A stretch of DNA of 64,000 nucleotides from Candidatus Woesebacteria bacterium (GTDB lineage Bacteria > Patescibacteriota > Microgenomatia > UBA12405): contig DAONDY010000001.1 in NCBI GenBank assembly GCA_035402805.1, positions 13,697 through 77,696 of the forward strand, given 5' to 3'. The notes under the pieces were generated by a model, which searched no databases, was not told where the DNA came from, and was given only the letters and a program-made list of their open reading frames with translations. Positions 9,880-20,016 of this stretch are shown piece by piece (the stretch's first letter is position 1; each line of letters opens with the position of its first letter). Position numbers and translations under genes: made by a program.

Positions 9880-11449
9880 TCGACTTCCAAAAGTAATTCT
9901 TTTATTGTTTTTTTTAATCATCACTGTTTTAACTCGCTTTTGTTTTTTAGATTGGGGAAATGGTTATTTTTTTAATCCAGATGAAAATAATATGGCCACA
10001 TCAGTGGCCCAAATGAATTATAAAAATTTTAATCCAAACTTTTTTGCCTATGGTCAATTTCCTCTTTTTTTGACTTTTTTTACTACACCATTACATAATT
10101 TTTCATCTATTGTTTTAACCCTTCGTTTTTGGTCAGCCGTTTTTTCTTGTCTTTCGATCTACTTTTTTTATTTGATTTCTAAAATTATTTTTAAATCAAA
10201 AAAAATTAGTTATATTTTTATTTTACTTTTAATTTTTACTCCAGGACTTATTCAATCTGCCCATTTTGGCACCACTGAGTCACTTCTTCTTTTTGTTTTT
10301 TCGGCTAACATTTTTTTATCTTTAAAATATTTTGAAAATCCTAAAAAGATATATTTTTTATTTTCTATTTTAGTCAGTGCTATTGGAATTGCTTCAAAAA
10401 TTACATCAGTTTTTTTTATTATGCCTTTTTACACCACTCTTTTTTTGACTTTTTTGAAAAACAAAAAAATTTTTAATTTTATTTCTATTACTTTTATATT
10501 TACTTTTTTGACGCTACTTTTATCTCTTCTTTTTTCTCCATTTAATATTATTAAATTTTCTGATTTTAAATCATCCATGGTTTACGAAACATCAGTTGCC
10601 GCTGGATCTATTAGGGTTTTTTACACCAGACAATTTGAAGGTTCATTGCCATACATTTTTCAATTTCAAAAGGTTTTTCCTTATGCTAATGGTATTTTTA
10701 TTTTTACTTTTTCATTTATTGGTTTTTTACTTTTTTTATTAGGTTTTAAGCGTTTAACTCCTGATACTAAAAAGAAATTATCAATTTTATTAATTCCTTC
10801 AATAATTTATTTTATTTATACTGGCCAACTTTTTGTTAAATGGACCAGATTTATGTCTCCACTTTTTTTTATTGGTCCGTTTTTTTGTTTATTTATTTTT
10901 CAAAAATTAAAGAAAAAATTATTAATTTTTATTTTATTAATACTAATGATTAGTCCTGGTTTATATTTCTTCCAGAAATATTTTTCAAAAGATATTAGAA
11001 TTTATGCTTCAGATTTCATTAAATCAAACATCCCAGCAGATTCTTTCGTCCTGTCTGAATCCGGTAACGTTGTTAATTTTCCTGTCAATTATCCCGATCT
11101 TCAGGTAAATAATTTTAATTTTTACGAGTTAGATTCAAATGAAAACAATCTAATCAAATTAACTGATGCTTTAACTTCATCTGATTATGTTTTTATCCCT
11201 TCCCGTCGAGTTTTCAAAAATCAAAATAACAAAAATTATCCGCTATCTCAAAAATATTATCAAAATTTATTTTCTGGAAATATTGGTTTTGTTGAAATAA
11301 AAAAAATCAGTCGTCAAAAAGATCTCTTTTTGAATTCTGAAAATGCCGAAGAAACCTGGTCTGTTTTTGATCAACCAACAATCAGAATTTATAAAAAAAA
11401 TATTAATTTAAGTCCAGATGATTATCAAGAATTACTCTCATCTAATTAA
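9869..11449 (+). CDS. GT-C fold membrane glycosyltransferase (PMT/ArnT-like)
   Basis: FNPDE motif after TM1, P.FFAYG, AHFGTTE, multi-TM, C-terminal AEETWSVFDQP. Confidence 0.8.
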   Translation: MQSNRLPKVILLLFFLIITVLTRFCFLDWGNGYFFNPDENNMATSVAQMNYKNFNPNFFAYGQFPLFLTFFTTPLHNFSSIVLTLRFWSAVFSCLSIYFFYLISKIIFKSKKISYIFILLLIFTPGLIQSAHFGTTESLLLFVFSANIFLSLKYFENPKKIYFLFSILVSAIGIASKITSVFFIMPFYTTLFLTFLKNKKIFNFISITFIFTFLTLLLSLLFSPFNIIKFSDFKSSMVYETSVAAGSIRVFYTRQFEGSLPYIFQFQKVFPYANGIFIFTFSFIGFLLFLLGFKRLTPDTKKKLSILLIPSIIYFIYTGQLFVKWTRFMSPLFFIGPFFCLFIFQKLKKKLLIFILLILMISPGLYFFQKYFSKDIRIYASDFIKSNIPADSFVLSESGNVVNFPVNYPDLQVNNFNFYELDSNENNLIKLTDALTSSDYVFIPSRRVFKNQNNKNYPLSQKYYQNLFSGNIGFVEIKKISRQKDLFLNSENAEETWSVFDQPTIRIYKKNINLSPDDYQELLSSN

Positions 11450-13091
11450 TTCGCATAAAAAATCTTTTTTATTATTATCAATAATATTGATAGCTATTTT
11501 TTTTAGGACTATCGGTTTTAATTGGGATCAAGGTCAACATCTTCATCCAGACGAAAGGTTTTTAACTATGGTTTTAACCAAAGTTAAAATTCCTTTATCT
11601 TTAAAAGATTATTTAAACCCTCAAACCTCAACCTTAAATCCATATAATAATAATTTTAATTTTTTTGTCTATGGTTCTTTTCCTCTAAACTTAGTTAAGT
11701 TGGCAGGTGAGCTTTTAAACAAAACAAATTACCAACAAATTCATTTTATTGGTCGGGGATTAACTATCTTGGCTGACGTTTTAATCGTTCTATTAATTTA
11801 TTTAATCTCCAAAAAAATTTTTAATCAAAAAATCGCTCTTTTATCTTCTTTTTTTTATTCTATCTGTGTATTTCCAATTCAGCTTTCTCATTTTTATACG
11901 GTTGATCCTTTTTTAAATTTTTTTATAGTTTTAAGTTTTTACTTTTTAATTCTTTTAAAAGATAAAAACAAAGTTCTGTTTAAATTGTTTTTATTATCAG
12001 TTTCTTTCGGAATTGCCGTTGCTTGTAAAATTTCTGCAGTTTACTTTTTACCGGTTATAATAATATTTTTATTTTTTTATTTCATTAAAAAACCACTAAG
12101 GTTTATTTTTTATAGTCTATTTTTAGCCATTTTATCGTTGATTATTTTTAGAATTAATCAACCACAAGTTTTCTCCACCGGTAATTTTTTAAATTGGAAA
12201 CCTAATCCCCAATTTATTTCTAACTTAAAGGAACTTCAAAGTTATAACAAAATGCCTTTCTATCCGCCAGGAATTCAATGGTTAAAATCTCTTCCTCTAA
12301 TTTTTCCTCTCAAAAATATTGTCTTTTGGGGAACTGGGTTACCTCTTGGAATTATTTTCATTTTTTCTTGTTTTTATTCAATTTTTTTTATCTTTAAAAA
12401 AGGCATTCTAAAAAATTTTTATTTTTTTAGTATTGTTTTTTGGATATTAATTTTATTTTTTTACCAAGGAAGTCAGCATGTCACTACTATGCGTTATTTT
12501 TTACCAGTTTATCCATTTTTATGTATTACTTCTGCTTTTTTTATTTATCAAACAAAATTTTTAAGTTCAAAATTAGTAAAAGTCTTATTTTTTATAATTT
12601 TATTATTCTATCCAATCTGTTTTATTTCCATTTATTTTAAAGATCATACTAGAATTGCCGCTTCTAAATGGATTTATCAGAACATTCCATCAGGTAGTGT
12701 TTTAGCTACCGAATATTGGGATGACAGTTTGCCATTATCAGTTGGTAAAAACTCACTTTATAGTTATCAATATCAAAACTTAGATATTGCTAGTCAAGAT
12801 TCACCCCAAAAAATAAACAAACTTAAACAGCAATTAGAAAAAACAGATTTTGTTATTCTTTCTTCAGGGCGTTTTTACTTAACTATTCCTAAAAATTCGG
12901 ACATTTATCCATTAACTACTAAATATTATCAATCGCTTTTTGATGGTTCTCTTGGTTTTATAAAAGTCGCTGAATTTAATTCATACCCTGTTTTTAATGA
13001 TACTTCAGCCGAGGAAGCTTTCACTGTTTACGATCATCCCAAAGTGATTATTTTTCAAAAGACTTCAAATTTTGATTTAAATTCTTTCTGA
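11418..13091 (+). CDS. GT-C fold membrane glycosyltransferase (PMT/ArnT-like), paralogue of the preceding gene
   Basis: HLHPDE, FVYGSFP, SHFYTVD, EYWDD, AEEAFTVYDHP. Confidence 0.82.
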   Translation: MIIKNYSHLINSHKKSFLLLSIILIAIFFRTIGFNWDQGQHLHPDERFLTMVLTKVKIPLSLKDYLNPQTSTLNPYNNNFNFFVYGSFPLNLVKLAGELLNKTNYQQIHFIGRGLTILADVLIVLLIYLISKKIFNQKIALLSSFFYSICVFPIQLSHFYTVDPFLNFFIVLSFYFLILLKDKNKVLFKLFLLSVSFGIAVACKISAVYFLPVIIIFLFFYFIKKPLRFIFYSLFLAILSLIIFRINQPQVFSTGNFLNWKPNPQFISNLKELQSYNKMPFYPPGIQWLKSLPLIFPLKNIVFWGTGLPLGIIFIFSCFYSIFFIFKKGILKNFYFFSIVFWILILFFYQGSQHVTTMRYFLPVYPFLCITSAFFIYQTKFLSSKLVKVLFFIILLFYPICFISIYFKDHTRIAASKWIYQNIPSGSVLATEYWDDSLPLSVGKNSLYSYQYQNLDIASQDSPQKINKLKQQLEKTDFVILSSGRFYLTIPKNSDIYPLTTKYYQSLFDGSLGFIKVAEFNSYPVFNDTSAEEAFTVYDHPKVIIFQKTSNFDLNSF

Positions 13092-14225
13092 AAATAATCT
13101 TTCATAATTATTTATAGTTTTTTTATAATCAAAAATTTTAATATTTTTATTAAATTTATCTTTATAGTATTTTTTTTGTTTTTTTAAAACTAATTCCAAT
13201 TTATTAGCCAAATCAATTTCATTTTTATTCTCAAATAATTCTCCTAAGCCAGTTTTAAGGACAGGAACTCTCATCCCTGGTAAGTTGGTTGCCACACATG
13301 GTGTTCCGCACTTCATCGCTTCTATCTGAACCCAACCAAATGATTCTAAAGTGTCATCACTTGGTAGAACTAAAACATCAATTTTTTTATAAAAATTAGA
13401 TAAAAATTTTCTTTCAATGTTTTCCAAAAAGAAAAATTTATTTTTTAAAATTTTTTTATATTTTCTTTTTAAAAAATCATAATAATTTTCGCCAATGACT
13501 TTAGTCGGTCCTGCCATTAATATTACATAATTTTCTTTACCTAGTTTTTCATCAAGTAAAACTGTAGATTTTATTAATAATTCAATTCCTTTTTGTTTAG
13601 CGATTCTTCCGCAAAAACCAATTACATATTTTTTATTTTTGATTATGTTTTTAATCTTTTTTTCCAGTTTAATATTTCTTTTTTTTTCAAATTTAATCGG
13701 TGGATAAATGGCTACTGTTTTGTTTAAAAATCTTTTTAAAAAATATGAATTTTTAGCATAATCACTAGTATAAGAAATTATTTTATTTGACAATAAAGCG
13801 GCTAAATATTGACAAATAAAAACACCGCCATCTATTAATTTATTTTTAAAACCTTTCCAGAAACTTAAATCAGTGTGATGAGTTAAAAAAACTTTTTTAT
13901 TTAAAATTTTACCGACAATTGCTACCCAGAATGATTCTGGTTGAGGTAGGTGGCAATTGACCACATCATGTTTTTTTATTTCTTTTATTGATTCAGCTAA
14001 AAAAGATGGAATAATCGGACCTTTACCTATTTTAAAAGCAATTTTTAGTCGTTTTATTTTAACTCCATTAGTAACCTCTTCTTTATTTGTTTTTAAATCA
14101 TGCCAACTTGTCAAAATCGTAACCTCATGTCCTTTTTTTACTAGTTCCTCTGCTAATATTTTGATATATATTGTAATTCCCGAAACATTAGGCAAATAGT
14201 ATGGTGTTGAAATCAATATTTTCAC
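13077..14225 (-). CDS. glycosyltransferase family 4 (GT-B)
   Basis: PYYLPNVSG, GRIAKQKG, ESFGWVQIEAM.CGTP.VAT; GTG start 6 nt below TGTTATAAT. Confidence 0.92.
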   Translation of the reverse strand: MKILISTPYYLPNVSGITIYIKILAEELVKKGHEVTILTSWHDLKTNKEEVTNGVKIKRLKIAFKIGKGPIIPSFLAESIKEIKKHDVVNCHLPQPESFWVAIVGKILNKKVFLTHHTDLSFWKGFKNKLIDGGVFICQYLAALLSNKIISYTSDYAKNSYFLKRFLNKTVAIYPPIKFEKKRNIKLEKKIKNIIKNKKYVIGFCGRIAKQKGIELLIKSTVLLDEKLGKENYVILMAGPTKVIGENYYDFLKRKYKKILKNKFFFLENIERKFLSNFYKKIDVLVLPSDDTLESFGWVQIEAMKCGTPCVATNLPGMRVPVLKTGLGELFENKNEIDLANKLELVLKKQKKYYKDKFNKNIKIFDYKKTINNYERLFSERI

Positions 14226-14268
14226 AACTGAATTATAACAATATTCAAAAAGGATTTATAATAAATGA

Positions 14269-14841
14269 ATGATTTTTTTAAAATCACTTTTATTTTGGCA
14301 ACCGAAAAAAGATTGGCTTGTCTGGTTTGAACAGAATTTATTAAGAAAAAAAATTCTTATCGTCTTGAATTATATAATTTGGCTTTTCTTTTTCTTTATT
14401 TCATATCTTCTGATTAAAAAAGACGCTAATGTTTTTTGGCAGATTCTTATCGCCACCATCGTTGCAGAACTCCTTGAGCGTTTCCTAAAAAATAAAATTT
14501 ATTGGCGCCGCCCACTTTTTAAGAAAAATGATGACGTTCCTCCTGGATTAGTTAAAAAATGGTATAAAACCGGTTCCTTTCCCTCGGGTCATACTATTAA
14601 GGCTTTTTATTTTCTTTTTTTTATTATTCAGTATCAGGTTTTTTCAGTTCCCTTATTTTTATCAATAGTCTCACCGCTTTTATTTTTTCGCATTTTTATT
14701 GGTTTTCATTACCCCATAGACATGTTTGGTGGAGCAGTTACCGGTATTCTAGTTTGGTTGTTATCAAAATGGATTATTTTCCCAATTTTTCTTACCAATA
14801 TATTTAAAACTATTTTTAATTTTATTTTTTTTATAAAATAA
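14269..14841 (+). CDS. PAP2-family membrane phosphatase
   Basis: K......RP, SFPSGH and R...GFHYP.D catalytic motifs. Confidence 0.9.
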   Translation: MIFLKSLLFWQPKKDWLVWFEQNLLRKKILIVLNYIIWLFFFFISYLLIKKDANVFWQILIATIVAELLERFLKNKIYWRRPLFKKNDDVPPGLVKKWYKTGSFPSGHTIKAFYFLFFIIQYQVFSVPLFLSIVSPLLFFRIFIGFHYPIDMFGGAVTGILVWLLSKWIIFPIFLTNIFKTIFNFIFFIK

Positions 14842-14861
14842 TATTTTTATGACTAATATGT

Positions 14862-14911
14862 ATTTCTCCCTTTTATCAAGGGGAGATGTCCGAAGGACAG
14901 AGGGGTTTTGA
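14862..14911 (+). repeat. double-hairpin REP-like element, copy A
   Basis: ATTTCTCCCTTTTATCAAGGGGAGATGTCCGAAGGACAGAGGGGTTTTGA; identical over 50 nt to 47403-47452. Confidence 0.95.
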
Positions 14912-14915
14912 CTTT

Positions 14916-17003
14916 ATGTTGTCAGATTTAACCTCTATTTTTTCTTGGTGGTTTTTGATTTTTTCTTTAGGTCTTTTAACTTTACCGGTAACATTTTTTT
15001 TATTTCAAAAATTTTGGGATAAAGGCTATATTTTTTCTAAAATTATTTGCATTATTATTGCTACTTATCTAATTTTTATTGGTGGAGTTTCTAAAATTTT
15101 GACTTTCACTAATTTAAATTTATTTATAGTTCTAGGCATAATCATTATATTGAATCTTTTATTCCTTAAACAAGGCAAAAATTTATCTTTATTTTTAAAA
15201 ACAATTAAAGAAAATTACCGGGTTTTTATTTTCCAAGAACTACTCTTTCTTTTAATTTTAATTAGTTGGTCTTTTGTTCGTGGTTTCGCTCCAGACATCG
15301 AGGGTTTGGAAAAATATATGGATTGGGGTTTTATAAATTCGGCCTTAAGATCAAAATTTTTACCACCACAAGATATGTGGTTTTCCGGTGAAGTAATAAA
15401 TTATTATTATTTTGGTCATTTAATTTTTGCCGTTTTAACTAAATTAAGTAATATTAGTTCAGCTATTACTTATAATTTATCCATCGCCACTGTTTGTGCT
15501 CTAACTTTTGCTTCCTCTTTTTCCCTTGCTTCTAATTTGGTTTACCTTTCTTTAAAAAAAATCAATTTTAAAAAAGTCGTCACTGCTGGTTTAATTTCCG
15601 CTCTTTTATTGACTTTTGGAGGCAATCTTCATTCGGTTTACAAGATTGCTAAAATAAATATCCAAGATAACGGCAAATTAGTTTTATCAAAGCAAGCTCT
15701 CAAAGAATCAGTTGGCAAATATTGGTACCCAGACGCCACTCGTTTTATTGGTCATGATCCCGATATTAAAGATAAAACCATTCATGAATTTCCAGTTTAT
15801 AGTTTTGTGGTTGCCGACCTTCATGGTCATATGAATGACATTCCTGTTGTTTTATTTTTTATGGCCTTTTTATTCGCTACCAGCTTCTCTTTATCAGGAT
15901 TAATAAATTATCTTGTCATTATTGTTTCCGGATTTATTTTATCAATTACCTATATGACCAATGCTTGGGATTTTGCCATTTATGGTCTTCTTTTTGCCAT
16001 CTTCACTTTCTTTATAAATCTTAAAAATGATAAAAAATCAGCTGTTAAAAAAACTTTAATTAACGGAATTTTAACAATTGCTGTTTGGTTTATTTTTAGT
16101 ATTCCTTTTTCTATGAATTTTGTTCCCATGACTAATGGAATAAAAATTTCTGATAGCCATAGCCCCTTTTATCAATTATTTATTTTATACGGTGGTTTTT
16201 GGCTGATCTGTTTACCATTTATTGTTTTGATATTTAAAAAATTTATTGTAAATTGTAAATTGAAAATTGAGAATTCAGATCTATTTGTTCTGGCCGTTAT
16301 TGTTACTGCCACTCTTTTGATAATTATTCCAGAATTAATTTATTTAAAAGATATTTATATTTATGAACATCGTCGGGCTAATACTATGTTTAAGTTGGTC
16401 TATCAATCATTTATTATGTATTCTTTAATTTCTGGTTATGTCTTTTATAAAACCAGATCTTTGTTAAAATCTAAAATTTTAAATAATTTATTTGGGTTTT
16501 TATTTACTGTAATTTTCTCAATTCATTTGATCTATCCCTATTTTGCCATTAAGTCTTTTTATGGTCTTAAAAATTATCAAGGGCTTTGGGGTTTGAATTA
16601 TTTAAAAGATTCCTATCCTGACAATTTAAAAGCTATTGATTGGATTAACAAAAATATTTCTGGTCAACCAATAATGCTGGAAGCAGTCGGTGATAGTTAT
16701 ACTACTTTTAATCAAATTTCTGTTGCCACCGGCCTCCCCACAGTCGAAGGGTGGATAGTCCACGAATGGCTTTGGCGCGGTGGCTATGACAAACCAAAAC
16801 AACGCCAAGATGATGTTCGTTCCATTTATGAAGATAAGGATATTAATAGATTGAAAGTTCTAATTAAAAAATATGATATTAAATATATCTTTATTGGCTC
16901 CAAAGAATACGAAAAATATCCCAACTTAAACGAAGATAATTTTATAAAAATTGGTGGAAAAATAATTTATCAGTCTGGTAAAACTAAGATTTACCAACTA
17001 TAG
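14916..17003 (+). CDS. DUF2298 / YYY membrane protein (GT-C-like)
   Basis: EKYMD, PPQDMWFSG..INYYYFG, IHEFP.YSF.VADLH.H, RANTMFK, WIVHEWLWR; start revised to 14916 because the MSEGQRG extension is encoded by the repeat. Confidence 0.88.
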   Translation: MLSDLTSIFSWWFLIFSLGLLTLPVTFFLFQKFWDKGYIFSKIICIIIATYLIFIGGVSKILTFTNLNLFIVLGIIIILNLLFLKQGKNLSLFLKTIKENYRVFIFQELLFLLILISWSFVRGFAPDIEGLEKYMDWGFINSALRSKFLPPQDMWFSGEVINYYYFGHLIFAVLTKLSNISSAITYNLSIATVCALTFASSFSLASNLVYLSLKKINFKKVVTAGLISALLLTFGGNLHSVYKIAKINIQDNGKLVLSKQALKESVGKYWYPDATRFIGHDPDIKDKTIHEFPVYSFVVADLHGHMNDIPVVLFFMAFLFATSFSLSGLINYLVIIVSGFILSITYMTNAWDFAIYGLLFAIFTFFINLKNDKKSAVKKTLINGILTIAVWFIFSIPFSMNFVPMTNGIKISDSHSPFYQLFILYGGFWLICLPFIVLIFKKFIVNCKLKIENSDLFVLAVIVTATLLIIIPELIYLKDIYIYEHRRANTMFKLVYQSFIMYSLISGYVFYKTRSLLKSKILNNLFGFLFTVIFSIHLIYPYFAIKSFYGLKNYQGLWGLNYLKDSYPDNLKAIDWINKNISGQPIMLEAVGDSYTTFNQISVATGLPTVEGWIVHEWLWRGGYDKPKQRQDDVRSIYEDKDINRLKVLIKKYDIKYIFIGSKEYEKYPNLNEDNFIKIGGKIIYQSGKTKIYQL
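16245..16279 (+). repeat. heptamer tandem repeat ATTG(T/A)AA within the DUF2298 CDS
   Basis: ATTGTAA ATTGTAA ATTGAAA ATTGAGA ATTCAGA, encoding IVNCKLKIENS. Confidence 0.7.
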
Positions 17004-17009
17004 TTAATT

Positions 17010-18905
17010 TTGTCCATGAAAGATATTTTAGAAGGTTTAAACCCACCTCAAAAAAAAGCCGTCACCCATATCGGTTCTCCCTTACTATTATTGGCCGGAG
17101 CCGGTTCTGGTAAAACTCGGGTTTTAACCCATCGAGTGGCTTATTTTATTCAACAAAAAATAGCTAAACCTTCAGAAATTTTGCTTTTAACCTTTACTAA
17201 TAAGGCCGCGGAAGAGATGAAAAATCGCACCACCAAGCTTTTGTCGGCAATCAATAGGTCGGAAAATAAAAGTTTTTTTGCTGGTACTTTTCACTCTTTC
17301 TGTTGCCGTGTTTTACGTGTTGACGGTCACCATATTGGTATTCCGCCCAAATTTGTTATTTACGATGCTAACGATCAAGAAAACTTAGTTAAAAATATTC
17401 TTCATGAATTAGGTCTAACCACCAAAGAATTTAAACCCTCAAGTGTTCTTTATTACATCGAAGCGGCTAAAAATTCTTTTCAAACTCCAAAAGAAATGAT
17501 CGCTCAAAGCCATGGTTTTTGGGAAGATTATGCCGCTAAAATTTATTCGCTTTATCAGAAGAAAATGTTTGAATTTCACGCTCTCGATTTTAATGATCTT
17601 CTTTTTAAAACTACTGAATTATTTTTAGAACATCCAGAAGTTCTGGATAAATATCAGGAAATATACAAATTTATTATGGTTGATGAGTATCAGGATACTA
17701 ACCAAATTCAATATCTTCTCACCAAACTTTTAGCCAAAAAATATAATCAAATTACCGTAGTTGGTGATGCTTCTCAAGCTATTTATGGTTGGCGTGGAGC
17801 CGATTACCGAAATCTGATAAGTTTTACTGCCGATTTTAAAAAAACCAAAGTTATTAATCTCGAGGAAAACTATCGATCTACTCAAATTATTCTTGACGCC
17901 GCCAATGCAATTATTTCTAAAAATAATTCTCATCCGGTTTTAAAATTATTTACCCAAAAAACATCAGAAGACAAAATAAAAGTTTTTGAAGCTGAATCTG
18001 AAGTTGCCGAGGCAGATTTTATTGCCCAAAAAATTAAATTTATCAACGATAATTTTAAAATTCCTCTTCGAGATATTGCCGTTCTTTATCGTATGAACGC
18101 CCAATCGCGTGTTTTGGAAGAAGCGTTTTTACGCCTTAGTATTCCTTATGTTCTGCTTGGTGGCACTCGTTTTTATGAACGTGCCGAAATTAAAGATATT
18201 TTATCTATGCTCCGTTTTGCTAGTAATAATGCTGATCATATTTCCGAAGAAAGAATTGATAAAGCTCTTGGTAAACGTAAAAAATCCCTTCTTTTAGAAC
18301 ATCTTAAAGATATGGATTTAGATAATTTAACCTCTCTTCAAATTTTAGAATCGCTGGTTGTTAATTCCGGTTATCTTGATAAATTTGATGCTAAAGATGA
18401 GGAGGATCAAAAAAGAATTGAAAATATTAAAGAATTAAAATCTGTCGCTGCTGCTCATCCTAGTCTAAGCGGCTTTTTGGAAAATGTTACCTTAGTCCAA
18501 CAAGAGTATTCACTTCAAGAAAAGAATAAAAAAAAGGAAAATCGAGACGGTGTTAAATTAATGACCCTTCATAGTGCTAAAGGTTTGGAATTTGAAGTAG
18601 TTTTTATAGTTGGTTTTGAAGAGGGAATTTTGCCTCATTCTCGTTGTTTGATTAATGAGTCTGAAATTGAAGAAGAGCGTCGTCTTTGTTACGTCGGTAT
18701 TACCCGTGCTAAAGATTATCTTTATATTTCTTATGCTACTCGTCGTTTATTTTTTGGCAAAAGCAGTTTAAATGAACCCAGTCGTTTTCTTGCTGATATT
18801 CCCTCAGAACTAGTCGAATTTGAAGAAAGCGAAGAACTTATTCGTGATTATCGTCATCCTAAAAAGAACGATGATGATCTCGTCTATGATCCTGATATTT
18901 ATTAA
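17010..18905 (+). CDS. pcrA: ATP-dependent DNA helicase PcrA/UvrD
   Basis: LAGAGSGKT, TFTNKAA, VDEYQDTN, GDASQAIYGWRGA, LEENYRST, MTLHSAKGLEF, EERRLCYVGITRA. Confidence 0.95.
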   Translation: MSMKDILEGLNPPQKKAVTHIGSPLLLLAGAGSGKTRVLTHRVAYFIQQKIAKPSEILLLTFTNKAAEEMKNRTTKLLSAINRSENKSFFAGTFHSFCCRVLRVDGHHIGIPPKFVIYDANDQENLVKNILHELGLTTKEFKPSSVLYYIEAAKNSFQTPKEMIAQSHGFWEDYAAKIYSLYQKKMFEFHALDFNDLLFKTTELFLEHPEVLDKYQEIYKFIMVDEYQDTNQIQYLLTKLLAKKYNQITVVGDASQAIYGWRGADYRNLISFTADFKKTKVINLEENYRSTQIILDAANAIISKNNSHPVLKLFTQKTSEDKIKVFEAESEVAEADFIAQKIKFINDNFKIPLRDIAVLYRMNAQSRVLEEAFLRLSIPYVLLGGTRFYERAEIKDILSMLRFASNNADHISEERIDKALGKRKKSLLLEHLKDMDLDNLTSLQILESLVVNSGYLDKFDAKDEEDQKRIENIKELKSVAAAHPSLSGFLENVTLVQQEYSLQEKNKKKENRDGVKLMTLHSAKGLEFEVVFIVGFEEGILPHSRCLINESEIEEERRLCYVGITRAKDYLYISYATRRLFFGKSSLNEPSRFLADIPSELVEFEESEELIRDYRHPKKNDDDLVYDPDIY

Positions 18906-18922
18906 CTTGTTAAAATATATCT

Positions 18923-19966
18923 ATGGTTAGCAGAATTCTTACTGAAAAAGATAGAGAAAAATACAATAAATTAATTATTCACCCAGTTCAAACGTGGGAG
19001 TGGGGAGATTTTCAAATTTCCCAAGGTCATAAAGTTTATCGTCTTGGTTGTTTTGATGACCAAGATAAAATGATTTCTGCTTATTCTGTAAGTTTTCATA
19101 AAATTCCTAAAACTAAGTTTTCTATTGGAACAATTCTTCGTGGTCCAGAAATTAATGACGAAATGGTAAATAAAATTAATGAAATTGCCCAAAAGGAAAA
19201 TGCCATTTTTGTTAAGTTTGAATCAAATTCTATCTATAAAAATTATGATTCTTTCAACAATGAAACCTTAGTTAATTCCAAACCACAATTTCTTAATTTA
19301 AAAAAATCGCCTAAAGTTGCCTTTTATCCTTTCACTTATTTAATTGATTTAACTAAAACCGAAGATCAACTTCTAGAATCGATGCATCCTAAAACTCGTT
19401 ACAACATTAGAGTTGCCAATCGTTATGGAGTTGAAGTTAGGGAACAGACCGACGATAAAGGTTTTGAAATTTATTTAAAATTGCTTTTTGACACCACTAA
19501 ACGTCAAGGTTTTTATCTTCATAATGAAAAATATCATCGTGATTTATGGAAGAAATTAAAATCCACTGGCATGATTCATATTATGTTGGCCTCTTACCAA
19601 AACCAAGTTTTATCTGCTTTTATGATTTTTAACATTAAGGATCGACTTTTTTATCCCTACGGTGCTTCTCTCGATACCAATCGTCAAGTCATGGCTCCGA
19701 CTCTTTTGATGTGGGAAGTAATTAAACTTGGTCAGAAATTAAAATGTAGCACTTTTGACATGTGGGGTTGTCTTGGTCCTCACGCTAAAGAAAATGAAAA
19801 TGGTTACGGTTTTCATAGATTTAAGCAAGGTTTTGGTGGTCAACTAGTCGAGTATGTTGGAACTTATGATTTAGTCACCAATCCGGTTTTGTACAAAATA
19901 TACAATTCTGTTGATAAAATTCGTTGGTATCTTCTTCGTCTCAAAGCTTCAATCTTTAAAAAATAA
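18923..19966 (+). CDS. FemAB/FemX-family peptidoglycan interpeptide-bridge aminoacyltransferase
   Basis: HPVQTWEWG, RGP, KTRYNIR.A...GV, YPYGAS, FDMWG, GFHRFKQGFGG. Confidence 0.92.
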   Translation: MVSRILTEKDREKYNKLIIHPVQTWEWGDFQISQGHKVYRLGCFDDQDKMISAYSVSFHKIPKTKFSIGTILRGPEINDEMVNKINEIAQKENAIFVKFESNSIYKNYDSFNNETLVNSKPQFLNLKKSPKVAFYPFTYLIDLTKTEDQLLESMHPKTRYNIRVANRYGVEVREQTDDKGFEIYLKLLFDTTKRQGFYLHNEKYHRDLWKKLKSTGMIHIMLASYQNQVLSAFMIFNIKDRLFYPYGASLDTNRQVMAPTLLMWEVIKLGQKLKCSTFDMWGCLGPHAKENENGYGFHRFKQGFGGQLVEYVGTYDLVTNPVLYKIYNSVDKIRWYLLRLKASIFKK

Positions 19967-19973
19967 AAAAGAA

Positions 19974-20009
19974 GGGTGTATATTACAAAAAGTTAAAAAA
20001 TATACACCC
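19974..20009. terminator. inverted repeat between convergent genes (possible bidirectional terminator)
   Basis: GGGTGTATATT-N14-AATATACACCC, an 11-bp perfect stem; A-run on the left. Confidence 0.55.
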
Positions 20010-20016
20010 CTAAAGG

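Noticed and set aside
14886-14915. N-terminal extension MSEGQRGFDF of DUF2298 in the ORF track
   Set aside because: The ATG and peptide come from REP-like copy A; ATG 14916 is the more plausible start.
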